Below, piece after piece: positions 11,950 to 23,654 of a stretch of DNA of 64,000 bases. The stretch comes from Octopus sinensis (lineage: Eukaryota): assembly GCF_006345805.1 (NCBI RefSeq), contig NC_042998.1, positions 187,922,001-187,986,000 on the forward strand, in the 5' to 3' direction. Below the pieces are notes generated by a model. It did no database searches, was not told the origin of the DNA, and saw only the letters and a list, made by a program, of their open reading frames with translations. Every line of letters begins with the position of its first letter. Position 1 is the first letter of the stretch. The position numbers and the translations under genes were made by a program.

Positions 11950-13210
11950 TTACATATTCCCATCCTCATTACTGAGAGTCAGGGGCCACAGGCACATGCA
12001 CTGTCTCTTTCCATCAGGATCTGTCTCTGTCCATGGTTGTGCACCAAGCCAGAGGTCTTCCAGTTCATTCTTTGATGTCATTCACCTAATGTCTTTTTCG
12101 TCTTTTTTGATCCTCATTTCCCACTACATTCTTTCCTCTAGGATATAAGTGCTAAAGTTTTGAGCCCTGATGACATGTCTAAAATACTGCAGCTTTCTCT
12201 TTCTGACAGTTGCCAAAAATTCTCTTTCTGTTCCCATTTGCTCAAGTACCGATCTGTTTGTATGATAGCCCAACTGACCCTCAATACTCCTTTGTAGCAA
12301 GGTGTTTCAAATGTTTTAAGTTTGGTAGTGTCATTTACACTTAGGGCCCAGATTTCACATTAATACCGAACAACAGGCCAGATTAATGTCTTTAAGAGCT
12401 TTATTTTGATATTCTTAAGAGCTTTGTCTTTCTTGATTGTAATGAGTGATTTTAACCCCTTGACAACGCTTGACGCAAATATGCGATCACACTCTTGCTT
12501 GCCTACCCATGGTTAACGTAAATATACAATGTAGAGCTGCCCTACATCTATCATGGACTTTTTAGTGGCTGACATATGTTTATGTTCGCTATTGTGTGCT
12601 TTATCTCTTGAGGTGCACGTGCTCACCGTCCCGTGCATTATCTTTGCTATTTTAGATTAAGTTCAAGTCATGAGACTAGCAGTAGACCAATGACATGCGG
12701 ATACTTTACATGTATAATACTGTGTTTTGAGTTGTACCACATGCAAGCTATTTTTTGAACTTGAGCAGAATAACTCGTGCATATCATATTATGATAAATA
12801 GTTTCACATAGTTCGTTTTCATAAACCAGTAGGCGTAAATGTATGACGCTATGTTATTGTAACGGTGAACGTAAATAGATGTGAGCTCGTTGGCACTTGT
12901 GTGTTTGTGTGGTCTCATTAGATAAAAAAACCGGAGCAGTGTTTCGCATGCTTCGGGTAATATCGGCGTCAAGGGGTTAAAGTTGATCTTGCTGTCTTGA
13001 GTCATGCTCTTATTTTATGGCATCCTTCTCCTGATTGGTCTATGATAACACCCAAGTATTTAGACTTGGTGACCTGTTCTAAGGCAATACCTTGGAAGTA
13101 GATGTTATACCTAAGGACTATATCACCGGCAGACAGTTTACTTCACTAGATCCATTGTGTTCTGTCCTTCACTGTGATTCTTCGCTATACAATGGTCTTT
13201 ACAGAGGAGA
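11950..13210 (-). mobile_element. Decayed RTE LINE C-terminal fragment interrupted by a MITE
   Basis: Minus-strand LEQVTKSKYLGVIIDQSG (13010-13110) continues across the MITE into LKTLIWPVVRY.CEIWAL..FET.CYK.VLRVSW, then W..DIKE.TG..MDRDR. Confidence 0.7.
12456..12976. mobile_element. piggyBac-type MITE (521 bp)
   Basis: TTAA-CCCCTTGAC...GTCAAGGGG-TTAA: TTAA duplicated at 12452-12455 and 12977-12980, 9-bp TIR. Confidence 0.85.
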
Positions 13211-13229
13211 GACTGCAAGCACATCCTCC

Positions 13230-13650
13230 TCATCATCATTGTTTGACCGTGGTTGAGACAATGGAATTTACTATGTTACACTAGACTTCACGGTCCACCA
13301 TAGCATTTCGGAGGTCCTGTTGCTGGATGCCTGTATCCCTGGAGATTACAACAAGGTAGGAGAGTGTACGCCTTCTGGTATCGCGAGCAGATGGCTTCCA
13401 GAGGAGAAGAGTGGAAATTGCTTCGTTTTCAGCTCTACAACAATGTCCAGCAAACTGGACTCTTCTACCTTTCACAAGAGATGATACAGGTGGTAGTTTC
13501 CCAGCCTCAGACTTCACTGACTCCATGATACCCCTGACTCTCAAACACCAGGTAGAACTGCCAAGTAGAGGATCCACCAAAATTTTGTTGCTAATCATTT
13601 CACATTGCCCTGCTTGTTCTCAATTCCTGACTATCAGTGTTCTTGCAGAA
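13230..13650 (-). mobile_element. RTE-clade LINE 3' fragment
   Basis: LPPVSSLVKGRRVQFAGHCCRA..LLLWKP..DTG..DLRNAMVDRE; (TGA)n tail. Confidence 0.8.
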
Positions 13651-13837
13651 CTAGAATTTTGGCTTAACCAACCTACATATCTCAATTATAGAAAGTGAAA
13701 TGAAACATTAGCCACATTAATCTGAACAGGTCCCTCCTTCTATCAACTATAAAAAAATCTGAATTAAATGGAATCACAAGGAAGGTCATCTGTTCCAATA
13801 AATGAGTCCATAAACTCATGGAAAAAAACAGTAACAT

Positions 13838-14050
13838 AGTTAACTATATTTATTTTGAGATGCTCTGTGTTTCTTTCAATTATTTTAAATATAACAAAGA
13901 ATTTAGTAAAATAACTTAGTTATCATTAAGCTAGTGTTAGGAACGTAAATTGTGACTAAGGCTTGGTGGAATATTTTAATTCAAAACTTATGAAAACAAG
14001 ACATTTTACCACAGAGCCAGAGCCAGTTGGGTTGATAACAAAAGGGTTAA
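13838..14050. mobile_element. Short TTAA-ended MITE (left end eroded)
   Basis: Right end ataacaaaagggTTAA, gttaac at left, AT-rich body. Confidence 0.5.
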
Positions 14051-14351
14051 TGTACAAAGTTATTATTTTTTCTTCTAATAAGTTAGTCAGGAGTAAGGGT
14101 AGCATCCATAGTTTGACAGGGTTTTCAGCAATAGTGAGGTGAAGGTGGTTAATTTTTAGTGTGACTGACAGGGAAAATGTGACATAGAGGCACTTTCAAA
14201 GTCAGTAATTAAATCTTTGCTATCTGCTTGAAGATTTTAACTTTTTGTGTGACTGTGACCTAAGATGTACATGTGTTTATCTGCAGCTTGGATTTAATTA
14301 TGTAAGCAATACTCTAATATGGGTTACACTGCAGCTTAATAGAGGTTGGTC

Positions 14352-14580
14352 GGTGAGCTGGCAGAAGTGTTAGCACGCTGGGCGAAATGCTCAGTGGTAT
14401 TTTGTCTGCCGTTATGTTCTGAGTTCAAATTCTGCTGAGGTCAACTTTGCTTTTCATCCTTTCGGGGTCGATAAATTAACTACCAGTTATGCTCTGGGGT
14501 TGAGGTAATCGACTTAATCCCTTTGCCTGTCCTTGTTTGTCTCCTCTATGTTTAGCCCCTCGTGGGTAATAAAGAAATAA
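14352..14580 (+). mobile_element. SINE-C (tRNA-derived)
   Basis: ggtgagctggcagaa A-box, gagttcaaattc B-box, cttttcatcctttcggggtcgataaa central block, tail tagcccctcgtgggtaataaagaaata. Confidence 0.9.
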
Positions 14581-14997
14581 GAATTGATGTATTTTCTGGC
14601 TTTGGAGTGGAAAACTAGTATTTGGAGTATTTAGCGAAAGACTGAAGGCAGTTTGCAGCAACATTAAACTCACTTAGAAGATTAAAAAGCAAAACGTAAG
14701 ATATGTATGTCAACTTAACCATTGTTACCCTGGATAGTGCATTAACATAGAATAATAGATTTGGTTGGTTTTAAAGTGGGTGTTTTACAAGGTGTAACAT
14801 ATGGTTTGCTGGCATAGTATGAACGTTTCTCATATATTTTTATTTGCCTCTTTCACACAATATGATTATAACTAAAATCAGGTGTTCTAAATAGCCTTAT
14901 TCACCATTTTGCTTCATGTGTTTCATGACTTTGGGAATCATAAAAATTAATCAACAATTAAAATGTTTGAAATAAATGTGTGAACCTGTTTAGATTT

Positions 14998-14999
<2 letters not shown>

Positions 15000-15088
<89 letters not shown>
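15000..15088. repeat. (TC)n(CA)n microsatellite
   Basis: Direct reading. Confidence 0.95.
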
Positions 15089-15089
<1 letters not shown>

Positions 15090-15699
15090 AACAAATGCAG
15101 GTTTACTGTACTTAGGTATTTATGTCTATAAATGCTCAGTGGAAGATTTTGAGTTGACAAAATCAATGACAGTTTTAAATACAGTTTGAACCACATATGG
15201 TGTTTATACTGTTAAATAAAAACGACTCTGAAATATTATCATTATTAAAAGCTGTTGATGATTATTTGGACCAACATGACAATTTATTTATTATGATATA
15301 AAAAAGGCTTTCCTGTTTTATTTTTTATAATAAAGCATCAAATTCATGTGATATCTTTGTCATCTTTTTATGATGTCATGGTAATTTAAACCATGTCAAG
15401 CCTCTTTATTTGTGTGTGTCTATCCAATATGTTCAAATGGAGTGATTTTGAACTGTTTTACAGATTGTTACTCTTCTATTGACAGGTTGTATCTACAGGA
15501 ATCAAGCTAGTTTGTTATGGTTTATTTTCAAGGGTTCTAGGAACATCCGATGTAAACATTTTTGCCATAGGAAAACTCATCGTAGGAAACTTTGTCATAT
15601 AGGAAATTTTGCCATAAGATAATTTCGGTGTATACATAATTTTGAAGATATGGCAGGCAACCTGATTTATAGAAATTGCAGCTCTGAAAACAAATGCTT

Positions 15700-16090
15700 T
15701 ATGTTCTTTTATTCTTTTACTTGTTTCAGTCACTTGAGTGCGGTCATGTTAGAGCACTGCCTTTAGTTGAACAAATTGACCTCAAGACTTATTCTTTGTA
15801 AGCCTAGTACTTATCCTATCAGTGTCTTTTGCTGAACTGCTAAGTCATTGGGACGTAAACACACCAATATTGGTTGTTAAGCCATGGTGGGAAGACAAAC
15901 ACACACACACACACACATATATATATATGATGGGCTTCTTTCAGTTTCCGTCTACCATATCCACTCACAAGGCTTTGGTCAGCCCGAGGCTGTAGCAGAA
16001 GACACTTGCCCAAGGTGCCATGCAGTGGGACTGAACCTGGGACCATGTGGTTGGTAAGCAAGCTTCTTGCCACACAGCCACTCCTGCACT
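15700..16090 (-). mobile_element. SINE-A, followed by (TA)n at 16092-16158
   Basis: Reverse complement of the SINE-A consensus. Confidence 0.9.
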
Positions 16091-16092
16091 AG

Positions 16093-16157
<65 letters not shown>

Positions 16158-16384
16158 TATGTTTTTTTATAATTCTGTTTTTGTTTCCTTTTTGTTGTAA
16201 ATGTTATCACATTTATATAACTTTTTATTTAAGCAGAAATTTTGCTTTTTGAAAACATTATCTTTTAGATTGCTTTATTTTGCCCCCCCCCACCGCCATA
16301 ACTCCTGTAGCTTTGCAACAATAATATAATAGATATGTTGATTGAAAGAATTACATACCAAGGGAGCAATTCATCTGTTTATCA

Positions 16385-17140
16385 GTGACATTGTCTTGTG
16401 GCAAAATTTCCTGTGGTGAACTTTCCTACAGCAAAATTTCCTATGTGACAAACTTTACTACAACCAAAACTCCTGAGGCTAATTTTCCTGCAGTAAAACT
16501 GTTTGTGGCAAACTTTTTCCAGATATGGTTTTCAAGCAATTCAGTGGCTGGAACCACTGAAATTGTCATATTTGTGATTTTGCTCATGCTGTCTTCAAGT
16601 TTGTTGTTGACTTCCACCCTCAGTCATATACTTGACCCTTTTCCCAGTGTTTCAAAATGTAGATCATATAGCTTGAATAAATCCATGCAAGCATATTCAT
16701 AGGGCGTGCAACTTGTGTTCCAGTCATAGCAGTAAATTGCAAAGAAACATGGGTCATTTGAGAAAATGGTTTAGTGCTTGATTCCACAATATTATTCTTG
16801 TTTCCAACTTTATCGCAGTTGTCTGTAGTCCATGCACCTTTTGTTGACATTTTTGCAATTAAACAAACCTTGGATAATGTTTCAAACATCTTTCAAGACT
16901 TGTTTTATTGCAAAAAATCCCCATTTTTCTTTTTTAAATTTCATAAGATTATAACAATTGCTTTCATTCACACTGGGCTTTTTGAATTACCGTTTCTTTG
17001 TCTTTTTTTATTTTTACAATCTTCCCCAGTCTCTGTTTTCATCGTTTCTTTTGACTATCTTTGACTGACTTTTGCAACATCTTTGATTGACTCTTTCTTG
17101 TTTTATTCCTTTTCCAATGGCCCTTCATTATCCATAATAT
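16385..17140 (-). mobile_element. Possible decayed DNA transposon with subterminal repeat array
   Basis: Array of ggcaaaatttcct units (16395-16520), inverted counterpart at 15560-15625, and interrupted coding-like minus-strand sequence. Confidence 0.3.
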
Positions 17141-17566
17141 GTATAGAAAAACAAACATTTTCTGGATAGGTATTTTAATGTAAATATTAGTTAATTATAC
17201 TTTCACAGTATTTTGCTGGCTAAAATTTCAATTTCCTATGATAAGGATATGAGTACTGTAGCAAAAAAAAAAAGATTCTTGATAGAAAAATGCCATTCAC
17301 CAAAGGAAATGTATAGAAAGAATGAATGAATTTGATGTGCATATAGAATGGATGCTTTATCAGTATTGATAAAATATCTTATACTGTATGTGAACTTAAG
17401 AAAAACAAGTAAAAAGAATGAAAAGCATTTATCATGTAATTCCTCTGCAATAAATATGAAATATATATCAAGACATTGCTGTGAAAGACAAAGCTTCTCT
17501 CCCTTACAGTGCTGGGTAAATAAAATAAAATCATTTAATTTCTAGGTACCCATCCAGTCTGTATCC

Positions 17567-17799
17567 TATTTCTTTACTACCCACAAGGGGATAAATACAG
17601 AGGGGATAAACAAGGACAGATAAACGGATTAAGCCTATTACATCGACCCCAGTGCGTAACTGGTACTTAATTTATCGACCCCGAAAGGATGAAAGGCAAA
17701 ATCGACTTCGGTGAAATTTGAACTCAGAACATAACGGCAGATGAAATACCGCTAAGCATTTCGCCCGGCGTGCTAATGTTTCTGCCAGCTCACCGCCTT
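17567..17799 (-). mobile_element. SINE-C, full length with 15-bp TSD
   Basis: atccagtctgtatcc (17552-17566) / atccactctgtatcc (17800-17814). Confidence 0.92.
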
Positions 17800-17973
17800 A
17801 TCCACTCTGTATCCTCCACTGCAAAAACATATCAAGAGTGAATTGAGTTCTAATTATTGTTGAATGTTTCTTACTTGCTTAAAAATTTTCATTGTAGTGT
17901 CTGCAATATATTATTAATAATACTGATTTGTTCAACTAATCTCATTCATGAGAAAAATAATAATTAAGCTCAG

Positions 17974-18018
17974 ATATTGTTTGGCAAGTTTAATGTATTG
18001 AAAGAGAGAAATAGAATG
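17974..18018 (+). CDS. Weak candidate exon ILFGKFNVLKERNRM (phase 0->0)
   Basis: Consensus donor ATG|gtaagt and open 45-nt frame, but the acceptor lacks a pyrimidine tract. Confidence 0.18.
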
Positions 18019-18345
18019 GTAAGTCTATGTACCATGGCCATTCAAACTAATAATTAATTAAATTTAAGCACCCAGTCGTTTATAAAAGTTGATGGTAGTT
18101 GATGGTATAAAAGTTCTATAGCAGTAGAATATGTGCAGAATCATTAAATTGAAATTAAAAGCATGCATACATTTTGTGCAGGGTGCATGAAAGTACAGGG
18201 GTCTAGCTATTTAATCATAAGTCAGCTTGATCAAGGCTCAAAAACATGGGCAAATAAACAGAGAAATGCAGTTCTGGGGAGAAACGATTGGGCAAATTGT
18301 TTACTATGGAATTTAGTGAGGTGTGGAAATAAGGTACTCCATATT

Positions 18346-18944
18346 TATTTCTTTATTGCTCACAGGGGGATAAACATAGAGGGGACAAACAAGGACAGAC
18401 AAAGGATTAAGTCGATTACATCGACCCCAGTGCATAACTGGTATTTATTTAATCGATCCCAAAAGAATGAAAGGCAAAGTTGATCTCGGCAGAATTTGAA
18501 CTCAGAATGTAAAGACAGACGAAATACCTATTTCTTTACTACCCACAAGGGGCTAAACACAGAGAGGACAAACAAGGACAGACAAAGGGATTAAGTCGAT
18601 TATATCGACTCCAGTGCATAACTGGTACTTATTTAATCGATCCCAAAAGAATGAAAGGCAAAGTTGATCTTGGCAGAATTTGAACTCAGAACGTAAAGAC
18701 AGACGAAATACCTATTTCTTTACTACCCACAAGAGGCAAAACACAGAGAGGACAAACAAGGACAGACAAAGGGATTAAATCGATTATATCGACTCCAGTG
18801 CATAACTGGTACTTATTTAATCGACCCCGAAAGGATTAAAGGCAAAGTCGACCTTGGCGGAATTTGAACTCAGAATGTAATGGCAGGCGAAATACCTCTA
18901 AGCATTTCGCCCGCCCAGCGTGCTAGCCTTTATGCCAGCTCGCC
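18346..18944 (-). mobile_element. SINE-C head-to-tail trimer (184-bp units, one head)
   Basis: Identical junction gacgaaatacctatttc at 18518-18534 and 18702-18718. Confidence 0.9.
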
Positions 18945-19399
18945 AGGTTGGTGATAGGTGTTTGTTCATAGGAAAAGGTTTGTCATCAGCAAGATAGCTG
19001 TTTGTTTTGTATAATTATCTTTAATTATCTGAAATTTTAGGTATCTAAGCAATACACCAATTTTACTTGTACTTGAGATCTGTTGATGTCAGCAGCTGTT
19101 CACAACTGAAGTATCTGTTTTTAAAGTGTAAATCTATCTTTTGTGACATTGTTTTAGCTATGTTGTTATATGAGTATGGTTACCATAAAAGGTCATAGTG
19201 TAGAATACTTTAGTTGTGACACATATATAATGTGTCATATCCAATCATGCTTAGAGTATCATATCAAAGACATCTAGCTGTATTATGTAGTTAAGTAGTC
19301 CACATCACAGCCAAGTAGTTTCAGGTTCATTGCTATTGCACCACATCTTGGATAAGTGTCTTCTACTATAATAGGTGTGGGCTGACCAGTGCTCAAGGG

Positions 19400-19902
19400 A
19401 GGGAATTTTGTAAGCTGAAATTTCAGGATAGATGCCCTCCATGTTATCATGCTTGAACAGTGTGGGGCTGATGTTCACATTCCTCATTGGCATTATGATT
19501 AGTCACTTTGTACTTTCAATCGTCTTTGGAATAAAGGAATCCCTTACTTGAAAAATAGGCAAGGGTTGGTAACAGGAAGAATATCTAGCTGCAAAATCCT
19601 GCCTCAAATAATGATCCATCCTAACCCATGCTAACATGGTAAAATGGATGTTAAACGACCAAAATGAAGGCATATTTATAACAAGATATATGTGGCCTGT
19701 GATATGGTGAAAAATATAGGCACAAGCATGGTTGCATATAGGCACAGGTGTGATTGCATGGTAAGAGGCTTGCTTTTCAACCACATGGTTCTGGGTTCAG
19801 TCTCACTGCGTGGCACCTTCAGCAAGTTTCTTCTACTATAGCTTTGGGCTAACCAAAGCCTTGTGAGTGGATTTGGTAGGTGGAAACTGAAAGAATCCTG
19901 TC

Positions 19903-19933
<31 letters not shown>

Positions 19934-20142
19934 GGCTTCTTCTTCTTCATATTGCTTGATAGTTGTAAACAAGGGTCATCATCATATAAACAGTGTCATT
20001 AGTTTCTAATCTTCCATGAAAATATGTCCAATCATGGGGAAATATTATCTTACCTGGAAATAAGTGAGAACTGGCAAACAGGAAGAGCATCTGGCTGTTG
20101 AAAATCTGCCTCAGTGAATTGCATCTGACCCATGCTAGCATT
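19400..20142 (+). mobile_element. Degenerate family D (RTE-tail-like) repeats flanking a SINE-A 5' half (19738-19935)
   Basis: ..ccatgctaacatggtaaaatggatgttaaacga; ..catgaaaa..tctggctgttgaaaatctgcctca..acccatgc. Confidence 0.6.
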
Positions 20143-20169
20143 AACTATAAAACAATTTTTATGGTGTAT

Positions 20170-20472
20170 ATGTAAAAACTACTCAGTGCACTCTATAAAG
20201 TGGTTGGCATTATAATTATATATATATATGGCCCCCGTATCGGTGGCACATAAAAAGCACCATCCGACCGTGGCCATTGGCGAGCCCCATCTGGCACGTA
20301 AAAAGCACCCACTACACTCACGGAGTGGTTGGCATTAGGAAGGGCATCCAGCCGTAGAAACACTGCCAGATCAGACTGGGCCTGGTGCAGCCTTCTGGCT
20401 TCCCAGACCCCAGTTGAACCGTCCAACCCATGCTAGCTTGGAAAGCGGACACTATATGATGATGATGATGTA
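20170..20472 (+). mobile_element. RTE 3'-UTR copy (family B)
   Basis: aaaagcacc subrepeats, (GAT)n tail. Confidence 0.9.
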
Positions 20473-20592
20473 TATATGTGTATCTCTGCTTCTTGCTTCT
20501 TTGTTACCTATTTAATTAAAGACATGCCAGTGTAAACCATGAGTTTCCCATTGTTATTATATCCATTTTCTCCTCTTATATATATATATATA

Positions 20593-20715
20593 TTACAAAT
20601 AAGAAAACGGAGAAACACATTAGTTGGTTTATCAACTTTAGGATATTAGAATGTTGTCATAATATCCTAAAGCTGATAAACCAATGAATGTGTTTCTCCA
20701 TTTTCTTATTTGTAA
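20593..20715. repeat. Hairpin, 56-bp arms, 11-nt loop
   Basis: ttacaaataagaaaacggagaaacacatt...aatgtgtttctccattttcttatttgtaa. Confidence 0.9.
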
Positions 20716-20890
20716 GATAAATTAATGGTAAAATATTTCTTTACCTACACCCATTTAGTACAATAAGTGAGTTCATTGCATTGCAATTGAAAACACTTGT
20801 GTATTAATAATTTGGGTTGTATACCAACAGTATATTGGATAAGTGTTATTCCTTAGTGGGTTGGATCCACAACCCTAACTTATTTGGTGG

Positions 20891-20892
<2 letters not shown>

Positions 20893-20981
<89 letters not shown>

Positions 20982-21275
20982 GTGTGTGTATATGTATATA
21001 TATATATATAGATATGAGTATATATCTGTATAGATATGTGTGTGTATATGCATATATATGTATATACATATGTATGTGTGTATTTATATATATGTATAGA
21101 TATGAGTATATATCTGTATAGATATGTGTGTATATGCATATATATGTATATACATATGTATGTGTGTATTTATATATATGTATAGATATATGTATATACA
21201 TATGTATGTGTGTATTTATATATATGTATAGATATATGTATATACATGTTTATACATGTGTGTATGTATGTATGT
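20893..21275. repeat. (TC)n(TA)n plus TA/TG-derived minisatellite
   Basis: Direct reading. Confidence 0.9.
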
Positions 21276-22524
21276 ATACATTACTGAGAAATGTAATACA
21301 GATTGTTTTAAATCTGTATTAATTTTACATCCTTTTAGTTACCCTGTCTCTACCCCAATCTACATTGTGAGAAACTCGGCAGTAATATGTTTTTCTTAAT
21401 TAAGTAGTTGACTAGCATATTTATGAAGAGAAAAGATGATGATGATGATAACGAAGATCATCATCATCATCATAATTGTTGTTGTTGTTGCTGTAAAAAT
21501 AATATCCACCCATACTCTGGCTGCAGCATCTCTAGTTGGAAATTAATATAGGGAAAATGGTTTTGTCTGTTATGTTGTATTTCTGTTTTAGTTTCAAAAA
21601 TGGATATGTTGACTATATTGCCTTTGGCCTAACGTCAATTGTTGAAAACAGTATAAATCAACTATTATGGTTTGGTTGCTACTATTTTCTTTTTTTTACT
21701 TTGTCGTTATTCAAATGCAGAGTTTTATTGAAACTCTCATGAATTATTGAATACAATTCATATAAATGTTTATTTTTATAATATGTTTGTAAAAACCACT
21801 TTCGGCTTAAAGTAATTATTATGATTTTTTTTTCCTCAAAGGTTTGTATGTATGTAGTTTTTACTTTATTAATATTCTTGCTCATTTAAAAATAGCATCT
21901 AATGAGCAGTGATAACTGTTTCATAAAATTGGCAGACTCAGACTCAATAGTTTCCAATGATCTATAGGTGTTAAGCTAAGTTCTTATGTGAAAAGCAACA
22001 CACAACTTCTCATAAATCTACTTTAAATGGTTTCATTTAAAAGATTTCATTTTGAAATAACTGATATTTGAATTACCAACCAAAGTTTTAAAAAAAGAAA
22101 TTAAAGAAGCAGTTATTCCAAGAATTTATTGATAGTTCAAAAAAGGCTTTAGTCAGCTATAGTTCTGGCCATGTGTAACTTAACACTATTATTTAATTCA
22201 GGAATGTTATATGCAAATATCATTTCCATTGCCTATTAAAGCAAGTAATAGCTATCCTCAGAGACAGTCTGGTCTGGCTAGTCTAAGATTTAGAGAAATT
22301 GGTTTAGGTGCACTTTAAATGTGTTGGGATTATGATAAATGAAGCTTGTGCAATAGATTTGAAGAGATTATGGCATAAAATGTTTATGTGCAGTGAATGG
22401 GATTTTGCTAAGGGATGAATAAACAGAGGTCAAATACTTCTAGAAATATATTACTCAGATCAGTGGTGGCAAATTTTCCACATTGCATAATTCATGATGG
22501 GCTTTCATCATTTTTGCTGAACAC

Positions 22525-22900
22525 AATCATCATCATCATCGTCGTTTAACGTCCGCTTTCCATGCTAGCATGGGCTGGATGGCTTGACTGAGGACTGGCG
22601 AACCAGATGGCTGCACCAGGCTCCAGTCTTGTTGCGGCAGAGTTTCTACAGCTGGATGCCCTTCCTAACACCAACCACCCTGAGAGTGTAGTGAGTCTTT
22701 TACGTGCCACTGGCACTGCCAACAACCTTGCTCGAATTTTGTACACATGCGAATGGCACAGGTGCCAGTAAGGCGATGCTGGTAATGATCCCGCTCGAAT
22801 GGTACCTCCTACATGCCACCGGCACAGAAGCCAGTTAGCCGCTCTGGCAACGATCATGCTCGGATGGTGCTTTTAGCACCCTACTAGCACGGGGCATGGT
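22525..22900 (-). mobile_element. RTE 3'-UTR copy (family B)
   Basis: catcatcatcgtcgtttaacgtccgctttccatgc plus subrepeats. Confidence 0.9.
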
Positions 22901-23501
22901 GTCCATTTTCCATGTTGGTATGGGTTGTACAATTTATTACAGTCTGTGTCAGTTCTTATTCAGAGTTAGTGCCAGCCAAGATTTATTGGAGGACCATGCA
23001 ATTACTAACCCATGTCATTTTTGGCATGGTTTCTCTGGCTGGAGGGGTTTCTTATCATCAAACACTTCACAAAGTATACTGGGTAATTTTTATCATGGCA
23101 CCAGCATTAGAGAAGTTATTACAACCTCAGCAAGACTCTCCTCTCTACCCTACATTGTCTATAATCAATCTGTCCACAGTTTTACAGGGTGTACCGAGTG
23201 CATTTTATTGTACTTTATATGACTTAAAAAGTACCCACTACTCTAAAAAGAGACTTGAAGAGTGGATAATGACAAAAGCAATTGATAAATTACTGGTGCA
23301 TTATTTTGTTTTTATGTTATACAGTATTTCAATGCAATACTCTGTTTTCCTTCAATGCTATATTGAACTACAGAATAACATCTATAGATTTCTAGCCACC
23401 ACTGTATGTGTAGGGCAGATATAAACACATTTTTATATACAATATTGTTCTGGGGAGAAGTTGAAACCTGTCTGGTTGGTCCTTTTTTTTTCTGCCTACA
23501 G

Positions 23502-23635
23502 ACATATTGTTTATTAGGACAAGATGTTTACACCTGTCTATTGTAGACAGTGTTAGCTAAAATTTACAGCTACATTCTATAGTAATATAGTATAGCAACA
23601 AAGATTGAATAGGATCTGTCATTATTTATACTCTG
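23502..23635 (+). other. Candidate non-coding (5'UTR or poison) exon
   Basis: Strong acceptor tttttttttctgcctacAG and donor CTG|gtaagt; stops in all three frames. Confidence 0.2.
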
Positions 23636-23654
23636 GTAAGTGATCTCTTCAGAA

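Noticed and set aside
21590-21650. Exon candidate FKNGYVDYIAFGLTSIVEN (also 18181-18333, 26011-26060)
   Set aside because: Acceptable acceptors but weak donors and no phase-consistent chain; such pseudo-exons are expected in AT-rich introns.
22912-23424. 170-aa ORF
   Set aside because: Partly a degenerate family B repeat; no recognisable domain or exon boundaries.
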